From the NCBI GenBank assembly GCA_040218735.1, contig JAVJQW010000043.1:128001-192000 (forward strand): DNA of 64,000 nt, in the 5' to 3' direction. Both the position numbers and the translations under genes were made by a program. Shown one piece after another: positions 57,075 to 64,000 of this stretch (positions are counted from its first letter, which is position 1; each line of letters begins with the position of its first letter). Below the pieces are notes generated by a model. It saw only the letters and a list, made by a program, of their open reading frames with translations. It had not been told where the DNA came from and made no database searches. Origin of the DNA: Deltaproteobacteria bacterium. Its GTDB lineage: Bacteria > Myxococcota > Kuafuiibacteriia > Kuafuiibacteriales > Kuafuiibacteriaceae.

Positions 57075-58343
57075 GGAGCCTCCCCACTCGACCGCGGGGT
57101 CGTAGTCGGGATCCAGCGGCTCCTGCGCCGGCCGAAGCTCCTCCGGGACGTGCTGCAGGTTGATCCGGATCCGGTACCAGACCGTGTGCCGACCCCGATT
57201 CTTGTCGACGAGGATGTCGCGCGGTTGGAGGTGCTCGACCACGTCGGCGTGCCGCGCCTTCCATCGCTCCAGCCCGGCCATCGCGTCGTCCTTCTGTTTG
57301 GCGCGACCGATCTCGATGAGCGGCATGCTCGATCGGCGACGCTTCGACGGCTGCACCCTCGGGGGCTCGTCGCCGCCCTTCGGATAGTGCGGCGGCCACG
57401 GTGCGTCCGTAGCGCCGTCGAGCGCTTGTTCGCTCACGAGCTCGAGCGCCTTGTCCAGGCGGCCGAGCTCGGCGCGCATGTCGCGGTGGACGTTGCCGAC
57501 GTCGCGGATGCGGTCGGGAGCGGTGCGAATCGTGAACGCCTCGGGCTCGTACTCCGCGACCTCTTCCCAGGTGAGTGGCATCGACACCCGCGCGTCCGGG
57601 AGCGGTCGCACCGAGAGCGCGCCGGCGGTCGTCCGGTCCTTGGCGTTCTGGTTGTAGTCGAGGAAGACGCCGTGCCGCTCTTCCTTCCACCAACGGCTCG
57701 TCGCGATCTTCGGCGCGCGGCGCTCGACGTCCCGCGCGATCGCGAGCGCCGACTGCCGCACCTCGTCGAACGTCCACTCGGGGTGAATCGCGACGTTGAT
57801 GTGCATCCCGCGTGAGCCCGAGGTCTTCGGCCACCCGACGAGGCCGAGATCCGCGAGCGCGTCCTTGGTGACGAACGCGACGTCGCGGACCTGCGCCCAC
57901 GACACGCCGGGGACCGGGTCGAGATCGATGCGCAGCTCGTCGGGGTGGTGGAGGTCCTCCTCCGAGACCGCGTGTACGTGCAGCTCGAGGCAACCGAGGT
58001 TGGCGCACCACAGCAGCTGCGCTGCGTCGTGCAGGACGACCTCTTCGGCGGTGCGTCCGGAGGGGAACTTCAGGACGACGGTGTCGATCCACTCCGGGCG
58101 CTTCTTGGGCGCGCGCTTTTGGTAGAACGCCTCCTCCTGCGTTCCGTTCACGTAGCGCTTCAGAACGAGCGGACGGCCGGCCGACGTCTCGAGGGCGGCG
58201 TCGGCGACGGCGAGGAAGTATTGGATGACGTCCCACTTCGTGTAGCCGGCCTCGGGGAAGTAGATCTTGTCGGGGCTCGAGATCGAAACCTCGCGTCCCG
58301 CCACTTCGACCGGAATTCGTTTCTTCGGCATCGCCGCGGTCAT
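57069..58343 (-). CDS. LigD-type primase-polymerase domain protein (Prim-PolC-like)
   Basis: SSPDKIYFP, FYQKRAP, PDELRIDLDP, KTSGSRGMHI, WWKEERHGVFLDYNQNAKDRT. Confidence 0.9.
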   Translation of the reverse strand: MTAAMPKKRIPVEVAGREVSISSPDKIYFPEAGYTKWDVIQYFLAVADAALETSAGRPLVLKRYVNGTQEEAFYQKRAPKKRPEWIDTVVLKFPSGRTAEEVVLHDAAQLLWCANLGCLELHVHAVSEEDLHHPDELRIDLDPVPGVSWAQVRDVAFVTKDALADLGLVGWPKTSGSRGMHINVAIHPEWTFDEVRQSALAIARDVERRAPKIATSRWWKEERHGVFLDYNQNAKDRTTAGALSVRPLPDARVSMPLTWEEVAEYEPEAFTIRTAPDRIRDVGNVHRDMRAELGRLDKALELVSEQALDGATDAPWPPHYPKGGDEPPRVQPSKRRRSSMPLIEIGRAKQKDDAMAGLERWKARHADVVEHLQPRDILVDKNRGRHTVWYRIRINLQHVPEELRPAQEPLDPDYDPAVEWGGSS

Positions 58344-58460
58344 TGTGGCCGGACCCTCGAATTTTTGGCGACTTTCGGGCGAACGCGCCGCTCTCCTCGC
58401 GCCCGGCGGGGGTTTCGGATTTCCTTCAGGTCGGCACGCGGCTTGCGAAACCACCCGCCC

Positions 58461-59270
58461 ATGCGCACGCCACTGATCCTCGCCACCACCGTCCTGCTCG
58501 GTGCCCCCGCCTTCGACGCCTACGCGCTGAGCTGTTTCCCGTGCTCCGAAGTCCAGGCGCCGGCTTCATTCACGGCGCTCCCCGCCAACTTCGAGCTGCG
58601 CGTCCGCGACGTCGACACCGCGCGCCCCACGCTCGAGGGGCCTGGCGATCCCGAGCTGGCCTGCGAGCGCATCGACGATCTCGCGAACCTGTTGTCATGC
58701 CGCGCGACCACGGCGCTGACACCCGGTGCTACGTACACCCTCCGCGATCCCGGCGGCATCGTCGCGGCGCAGGACTTCACGGTCACCGCCGACGAGGACA
58801 ACGTGGCCCCGCCTGCGCCGACGATCGTCTCGATCACGCGCCGTGACCGCGACGATCAGCCGGAGATCGCGGCGGGTGCGCAGCAGGGGATCGACATCGC
58901 GCTGACGGCTTCGGAGCCGACGGACTCGATGTCGATCGAAGTGCAGCTCGCCCCTAACGCGGGGCTGCAGGTCCAGCGCGTCGCGGCGACGGGCGGCACG
59001 GACCCGAACGGTGTCCTTCGAGCGTTCGTCGGTACGACGTTCTGCCAGTGCACCGGCCAGCTCGGGGCCGAGGTCTTTGCGTACGATCTCCAGGTTCGCG
59101 TCCGCCTCGTCGACGCGGCCGGCAACCGCGGTCCGTGGTCGGACACGATCGTCCCCGAGCCGGATCCGGAGGCGAGCGGTTGCACCTGCGCGACGCTCCC
59201 CACGCAGGTGCCGTGGGCCGCGTTCGCGGGGCTGCTCCTCGCCGCGTACGCCGTCGCGCGGCGGCGTTAG
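58461..59270 (+). CDS. Secreted Ig-like protein with a MYXO-CTERM-like sorting tail
   Basis: Signal peptide AYALSC; RLVDAAGNRG; C-terminal SGCTCA...AAFAGLLLAAYAVARRR. Confidence 0.8.
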   Translation: MRTPLILATTVLLGAPAFDAYALSCFPCSEVQAPASFTALPANFELRVRDVDTARPTLEGPGDPELACERIDDLANLLSCRATTALTPGATYTLRDPGGIVAAQDFTVTADEDNVAPPAPTIVSITRRDRDDQPEIAAGAQQGIDIALTASEPTDSMSIEVQLAPNAGLQVQRVAATGGTDPNGVLRAFVGTTFCQCTGQLGAEVFAYDLQVRVRLVDAAGNRGPWSDTIVPEPDPEASGCTCATLPTQVPWAAFAGLLLAAYAVARRR

Positions 59271-59686
59271 CTCGCTTCGGCGCGTTCCTTGAGCCCGTTG
59301 ACGAACGCCTCGAAGGCTTCCGTCATGTCCGGGATCGAGCCTTTGATCATGCCGAGCATGAGGCCGCTGAACGCTTCGTGGAGAACGAACTCGGTCTGCT
59401 CGCCGCGCGATGTGAGGGAGAAGGTTCGCACGCCCTTGAAGAGCCCGAACGGCATCCCGCCGGACCACGTCATCTTCTCGTTCTCGACCAGCTCGGTGAC
59501 CTTCAAACCAAACGCCCGTCCCGGGCTGAGCTTCGAGTAAGCCTTGAGTTTGTTACCCAGCCCGACCTGACCCTCGATCCGATCGCAGTAAGGATCCCAC
59601 TCGGGCCAGTCCTCCGTCTTCGTCACGATGCGCCACACCGTGTCGGCGGGCGCGGCGATCGTTGCTTGGGCTCGAAACTCCATCAT
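59267..59686 (-). CDS. SRPBCC (polyketide cyclase-like) protein
   Basis: TIAAPADTVWRIV..WPEWDP, GLFKGVRTF, EAFSG, GLKERAE. Confidence 0.88.
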   Translation of the reverse strand: MMEFRAQATIAAPADTVWRIVTKTEDWPEWDPYCDRIEGQVGLGNKLKAYSKLSPGRAFGLKVTELVENEKMTWSGGMPFGLFKGVRTFSLTSRGEQTEFVLHEAFSGLMLGMIKGSIPDMTEAFEAFVNGLKERAEAS

Positions 59687-60114
59687 CGACTCCTGACGTA
59701 ATCGGCGAACGCGGGGAGCACGAGGCCCCAGCCGCGTTCGAAGAGGGCCACGCGCTCCGGCCACTGATCGCCCATCGCGGCGGCGGCTTCGGCGTGAACG
59801 ATCTCGACGACGGTGGCGTCGCCGTCTGCGAGGAACTGGACGTCGACCTCCGTCGGTTCGGTGAGCGCGCCCGGGTACCACGTGTACGTGAGGCGGTGCG
59901 GCGGCTCCCAGCGGACGATCTCGCCGAAGAGCTTCTCGCCGCCGTCGCCGCGCTTCGCGACGAAGCGCCCGCCGACGCCGGGCTCCATGACGAGGTGCGC
60001 CCCTTCGGCTTTGTGGCTCGGCGGCCACCACAGATCGATGCGCGCGGTGAAGGTCTCGAAGGCGTGCTCGACGTCGCAGGCGACGGTGACCGAGCGGCGA
60101 AGTGGAGCATTCAT
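59683..60114 (-). CDS. SRPBCC/AHSA1-like protein
   Basis: SVTVACDVEHAFETFT..IDLWWP, WEPPHRLTYTW, TEVDVQF, GWGLVL. Confidence 0.88.
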   Translation of the reverse strand: MNAPLRRSVTVACDVEHAFETFTARIDLWWPPSHKAEGAHLVMEPGVGGRFVAKRGDGGEKLFGEIVRWEPPHRLTYTWYPGALTEPTEVDVQFLADGDATVVEIVHAEAAAAMGDQWPERVALFERGWGLVLPAFADYVRSR

Positions 60115-60437
60115 CGCTTGGACTTCTTTCGTTTGGGGGTCGTGTTCTCGGCGAGGAGCTTGAAGCGGAACAGCGCCTCGTCCCAGAAGGTGTCGAGCCA
60201 CGTGCGGGCCTCCGCGAACCCCGTGCGATCGATCGAGAAAATGTTCCGCGTCCCGTCCGCCTCGTGGGTGACGAGGCGTGCCTCGGTCAGGATGCGAAGG
60301 TGCTTCGACACCGCCGGCCGGCTGATCTCGAACTCCTCGGCGATCTGCTGAACGGAGCGGGGCCCTTCGCCCAGGATGCGGACGATCTCCCGGCGGACGG
60401 GGTTCCCAAGGGCGTCGAAGGCGGCGTCGGCGGACAT
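60111..60437 (-). CDS. ArsR/SmtB family transcriptional regulator
   Basis: FDALGNPVRREIV, ISRPAVSKHLRILTEARLV, WLDTFW. Confidence 0.93.
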   Translation of the reverse strand: MSADAAFDALGNPVRREIVRILGEGPRSVQQIAEEFEISRPAVSKHLRILTEARLVTHEADGTRNIFSIDRTGFAEARTWLDTFWDEALFRFKLLAENTTPKRKKSKR

Positions 60438-60441
60438 GGAT

Positions 60442-60475
60442 CGTAACTCCTTGGTTACGTAACTTCGAGGTAACC
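60442..60475. promoter_or_regulatory. Tandem palindromic operator upstream of the ArsR-SRPBCC operon
   Basis: Perfect CGTAAC-N6-GTTACG (60442-60459) overlapping an imperfect second copy, CGTAAC-N6-GTAACC. Confidence 0.65.
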
Positions 60476-60517
60476 GAACGCGGTGCCGAACGTCAACACC
60501 TGTGGGATGATGGCGGC

Positions 60518-61450
60518 GTGATACGCGCGCTCCTCGTCGTGCTGCTCCTGGTCCCCGCGGCGGCCTACGGCGCCGAGCCGGTCCTGACGTACCTCCGCCC
60601 GGCCGGCAAGGGCTGTGTCTGGATGCGGTACGTCGGGCCGAAGACTCAGGTGCAGCTCGCTCGGGTCGAAGCGCCGTGCGGAGGCGCGCGCTACGCTTGG
60701 TCTCGAGACGGAAAGCAGGGCGCGTTCCTCTCGGGCGACGGCAAGGTCCTCGGTCACGTCGTGTTCGCGAAGCCGGGTGTGAAGCTGCGCGCCGTCCCCG
60801 GACGAGGTCGTGTTCGCGACGTCGGGTTCGAGGGCTCGAGCCTCGTCGCGCTCGTGATGAACCTCGAGGATCACGGCGTCCGCGTCGTGCGCACGAAGGA
60901 GGGCGTCACGCTGGAGCGCGACGGGCAGAAGTACGAGGCGCCCGTCGACGGTGATCCGGGGCTCGCCGAGGCGTTTCGCTGGACGGAGGGCGCGTGGAAG
61001 CGCGTGGAGATCACGCCGAGCACGTGGGGTTGGGATCTCGCGGCGGGCGTCGATGCGCTGGAGATCGGGCAGCGCCTCGGGCCCCGATCTTCGGTATTCA
61101 ACGGTCCGACGAACGGATTCGACGTGATGGACGAGGCGCCGAAGATCGTCGAGGGGATGAAGCCGCCGACGGACGAGCCCGGTCACTGGGCCCGTGTCGG
61201 CGCCGCGTACGTCTGGGCGGAGGACGCCGAGTTTCCGATCCCCGTGGCGCCGCTGTTCGTGGACCGAGGCGGCGCTTTGGAGCCGCTCCGTCTGCGCGGC
61301 GTGAAGGACGGCGAGCCGTTGTCGTTCGACGTCCGCGGTCGTCGGATCCTCGCGCGCAGCGGCGACGGCGTGGCGCACTTCGTCGACCTGTCCGACGCGA
61401 AGTCTGCGTCTTCGATCCCGGGCGCCGTTTCACCGTCGCTGTGGCGTTGA
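60518..61450 (+). CDS. Secreted hypothetical protein
   Basis: Signal peptide AAAYGA; beta-rich; host-like codon usage. Confidence 0.7.
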   Translation: MIRALLVVLLLVPAAAYGAEPVLTYLRPAGKGCVWMRYVGPKTQVQLARVEAPCGGARYAWSRDGKQGAFLSGDGKVLGHVVFAKPGVKLRAVPGRGRVRDVGFEGSSLVALVMNLEDHGVRVVRTKEGVTLERDGQKYEAPVDGDPGLAEAFRWTEGAWKRVEITPSTWGWDLAAGVDALEIGQRLGPRSSVFNGPTNGFDVMDEAPKIVEGMKPPTDEPGHWARVGAAYVWAEDAEFPIPVAPLFVDRGGALEPLRLRGVKDGEPLSFDVRGRRILARSGDGVAHFVDLSDAKSASSIPGAVSPSLWR

Positions 61451-61451
61451 T

Positions 61452-62228
61452 CTACTGAAGCGAACGACGCCGGGGGAGCAGCGCGCGCCAGCCGGCGCGT
61501 TCGTAGTCGACCAGGCGGCCGGAGAGCCAGAAGGTCCCCTGAAGGACGTCGCCGCCGCGCGGCGGACGCTCGATCAGCTCGGGGTCGATCAACACGTCGA
61601 GCTGCGCCGCGTAGGTCTCGAGCTCCGCCCAGTAGAACGGGAGACCGCTGTGGCGGTTCGTGCGGCAGCCCGCGCGCACGACGTGCCCGGTGCAAAGCCC
61701 CATCGCCTCGCGGTCCTCTTCGAACAGGCCCGTCGGGATGAAGCTCTGGCTCGCGAACGGGTGCTCCCGCGTCTGGGCGGCTTCGTAGGCCTCGACGGAG
61801 TCGAAGAGGGCGAGCTCGTGAGCGAACGCCGCGACCTGGACCTGCGCGACGCTCGGCAGCCGCACGCCGGGGTGCGTGCCGAAGTCCGGCGCGTCGAACA
61901 TGAATGGGTAGGCACCCCGCTCGGCGTCGTCGTCCGACGGAGACGCCCAGCCGTGGAAGGCGCCGTCGAGCGCATCGCGCGCGACGCGCTCGGTCAGGCC
62001 GACGCGGAGGCGCGACGAGCCTTCGAAGTGGGGTTGTACACCGACGATGTCGCCGTGGTTGTCGACCTGCATCCAGACCTGTGCGCCCGAGTCGTCCTGC
62101 CAGAGCAGGTAGCGCCCGTGGCGCCCGGCCGAGTGGACGGTCGCGGTAGGGAGGAGACGGTCGACCAGCGCCTCGAGGTGCTCGGCGGAGTCGACGGGGA
62201 GACCGATGGTGGAGAAGTGACTGGCCAT
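61452..62228 (-). CDS. Hypothetical protein (weak DUF3881-like resemblance)
   Basis: MASHFSTIGL...GDVLQGTFWLSGRL; host-like codon usage. Confidence 0.7.
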   Translation of the reverse strand: MASHFSTIGLPVDSAEHLEALVDRLLPTATVHSAGRHGRYLLWQDDSGAQVWMQVDNHGDIVGVQPHFEGSSRLRVGLTERVARDALDGAFHGWASPSDDDAERGAYPFMFDAPDFGTHPGVRLPSVAQVQVAAFAHELALFDSVEAYEAAQTREHPFASQSFIPTGLFEEDREAMGLCTGHVVRAGCRTNRHSGLPFYWAELETYAAQLDVLIDPELIERPPRGGDVLQGTFWLSGRLVDYERAGWRALLPRRRSLQ

Positions 62229-62242
62229 GGTCCGCCCCAAAA

Positions 62243-62257
62243 GCACGGGGCGTGCCA
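62243..62257 (-). promoter_or_regulatory. Putative sigma-54 promoter
   Basis: TGGCACG-CCCC-GTGCTT with exact spacing, 15 nt before the ATG at 62228. Confidence 0.6.
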
Positions 62258-62333
62258 GACGGTGTCTTCGGTCGGGTCCGACGCTCCCTTGGGAGCAACT
62301 TATCTCATCGTCTAAGCCGCTGCGCGCATAGGC

Positions 62334-63857
62334 TCAGGTGAACAGCTCGGGGATGTTGCCGCTCACCTCGCCGAGGGAGTCTCCAGCGTAGCCGGCGCCC
62401 TGCATCGCGGAGATCAGCGCTTGGGCGGGGTGGGCGCCCGCGCCGTCGACGTGTTGCCCGGGGGAGAGGCCGCCGGCGCGCCCGGCGACGAGCACGACCA
62501 TGTTCTCGGTCGAGTGCGTCTGGTTCTCCGTGCTGCCGTCGTTGAGCTGGCGTCCGTGGCCGCCTTCGGGGAGGAACACGATCGCGCTGTTGTCGAGCAC
62601 GGTGCCCGCCCCCTCCTGCGTGGAGGCGAGGCGCTCGAGGAGGTACGCGTAGTGTGAGACGTGCCACTGGAGCACGGTGCTCACCGCGAGCTGACCGCGG
62701 TTGTTGGCGTCGCCGTTGTGCCCGACCTCGTGTTGGTCCGACAGGATCGGCCGCCCCATCATCGTCGTGATCGGGTGGACGTTCATGTGCGACTGGAACA
62801 CGGTGATCTGAAGCGTCGCGACGCGCGTGAGATCGCAGACGAACGCCATGTGGATCAGATCGCACATCAGGCGCGTGCGCTCGTGTTCGTTGCTGTAGCC
62901 GGTGTTGGTCGCGATGTCGCCGGAGCCTGAGCCCGCGTTGTTGCCGCCGATCGCCGGATCCGCGCCCGGGTCTTCGAGCGCCTGACAGGCGCCCGCGTCG
63001 ATCGGGGGCATCATCGCGACCCGCTGTTCGAGCGCACGAATCTCGTCGAAGTGCTGCTCGAGGCGAATGCGATCCGCGGCGCCGACCTGCGCGAGGAGCC
63101 GCTGCCGCTTCGACGACACGAGGTCGAGCACGGACCGCCGCGCGCGGCGTTCGAAGTCGAAGCGCGCCGCCGCCTCGGAGCCCTCCGGGACGAAGCCGCC
63201 GAACAGTGAAGTGAACGCGATCTGCGGGCTCGTCTGCGCTTCGATCCGATCGTTCGCCGCGCGGTACGACAGGTACTGCCGGCCCGCGTAGCTGCTCCCG
63301 GCGAGGTACCAGGACGGCTGCGCGCGGAGCACGAGGGCGTCGATCGTCGCCTGGTTCGCGTTGAGGTTCGCGATCACTTGGTCGGAGGAGATCCCGTTCG
63401 CCCGGAACGAGCCGGACGTCGACCGCATCCCGCTGAGCAACGGACTGCACCCACCGCCGTGGAAGTCACGGAACGCGCCGCCCGGCGGGACGTTGTTCGG
63501 ATCCGTCGAGTTGGGGTCGTACGGGATGCGGAGGTTGGAGACGATGCTGTACTGCTCGCGGACCGTGTCGAGCGGCGTGAGCGGCGTCGTCGAGACGAAG
63601 TCACGCCCCGTCGCTGCGGGTGCGATGAAGTGCCCCTCTTCGGTGAAGTTACGACCGTCGATGCGGTTCTCGTTCTTCGCCCAGTGGTCACCGCCGATCG
63701 ACTGGCCCGCGAACACGATCGCGTAGCGTCGCGGCGCCGTGCCCGCTTGCGCGTACGCGGTGCCGTTGGTGTTCAGCATGCACTCCAGCACCGGGAGCCC
63801 GACGGCCGCGCCCGCGGCGCCGCGGAGGAAGGTGCGACGTTTCATCGAGGTGCTCAT
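62334..63857 (-). CDS. DUF1552 family protein
   Basis: MKRRTFLRGAAGAAVGLPVLECM, SSDQVIA, RRSVLDLV, DRIRLEQHFDEIRALE, AFVCDLTRVAT, EGAGTVLDNS. Confidence 0.9.
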   Translation of the reverse strand: MSTSMKRRTFLRGAAGAAVGLPVLECMLNTNGTAYAQAGTAPRRYAIVFAGQSIGGDHWAKNENRIDGRNFTEEGHFIAPAATGRDFVSTTPLTPLDTVREQYSIVSNLRIPYDPNSTDPNNVPPGGAFRDFHGGGCSPLLSGMRSTSGSFRANGISSDQVIANLNANQATIDALVLRAQPSWYLAGSSYAGRQYLSYRAANDRIEAQTSPQIAFTSLFGGFVPEGSEAAARFDFERRARRSVLDLVSSKRQRLLAQVGAADRIRLEQHFDEIRALEQRVAMMPPIDAGACQALEDPGADPAIGGNNAGSGSGDIATNTGYSNEHERTRLMCDLIHMAFVCDLTRVATLQITVFQSHMNVHPITTMMGRPILSDQHEVGHNGDANNRGQLAVSTVLQWHVSHYAYLLERLASTQEGAGTVLDNSAIVFLPEGGHGRQLNDGSTENQTHSTENMVVLVAGRAGGLSPGQHVDGAGAHPAQALISAMQGAGYAGDSLGEVSGNIPELFT

Positions 63858-64000
63858 GGCGTCGGCTCCAATCGAAGCGCGAAGGCGTCGCTCGCGATGT
63901 GCTCGAGGAGCAGGGTGTCGAAGCGGCCGTGCTCGAGGAACGACGTGGTCAGCTTCGAGATGGCTTCGAATTCCACTGGCTTCAGCGGACGACCCACGGC
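63854..64000 (-). CDS. C-terminal end of a DUF1592/DUF1588/DUF1585-type protein (partial)
   Basis: AVGRPLKPVEFEAISKLTTSFLEHGRFDTLLLEHIASDAFALR. Coupled to the DUF1552 gene, its usual partner. Confidence 0.7.
   Translation of the reverse strand, partial: AVGRPLKPVEFEAISKLTTSFLEHGRFDTLLLEHIASDAFALRLEPTP

Noticed and set aside
1-64000. tRNA, rRNA, integrase, transposase or prophage genes
   Set aside because: No such signatures were seen. Intergenic spaces are short except around the HNH element.

Overview
High-GC window that looks like a Myxococcota chromosome (inference from many lipoproteins, sigma-54 activators, a MYXO-CTERM tail, a GltG-like protein and a DUF1552 cluster). It is almost entirely coding, with about 58 genes and no rRNA, tRNA or CRISPR array seen. 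Main points: (1) At 1-6.7 kb a lipoprotein TPR-CHAT protease lies head-to-head with an ECF sigma/anti-sigma pair. These are followed by a stand-alone papain-fold (Tox-PL-like) enzyme and a protective-antigen/binary-toxin-B-like lipoprotein. The same bipartite motif, TGCCACGAAAC-N10-CGCAC, precedes both the anti-sigma and the PA-like gene. This is the best candidate for an undescribed protease-gated toxin system. (2) A second protease-sigma module at 23.8-30 kb has an ECF sigma with an apparent ATC start, a zinc anti-sigma and a caspase-like protease with a barrel-like C-terminus. (3) A 3.1 kb insert at 18-21.2 kb carries an HNH nuclease gene and a 1.2 kb 13-bp minisatellite with higher-order structure. 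(4) An ABC/AAA ATPase plus TOPRIM-like DUF4276 pair at 50-51.7 kb is a candidate defence system. (5) Two tandem membrane-protein genes have near-identical 5' ends and divergent cores. The rest is signalling, envelope/EPS, hisAF, ligC/Prim-Pol and other housekeeping genes. All family calls come from motif recognition by eye, not from database searches.
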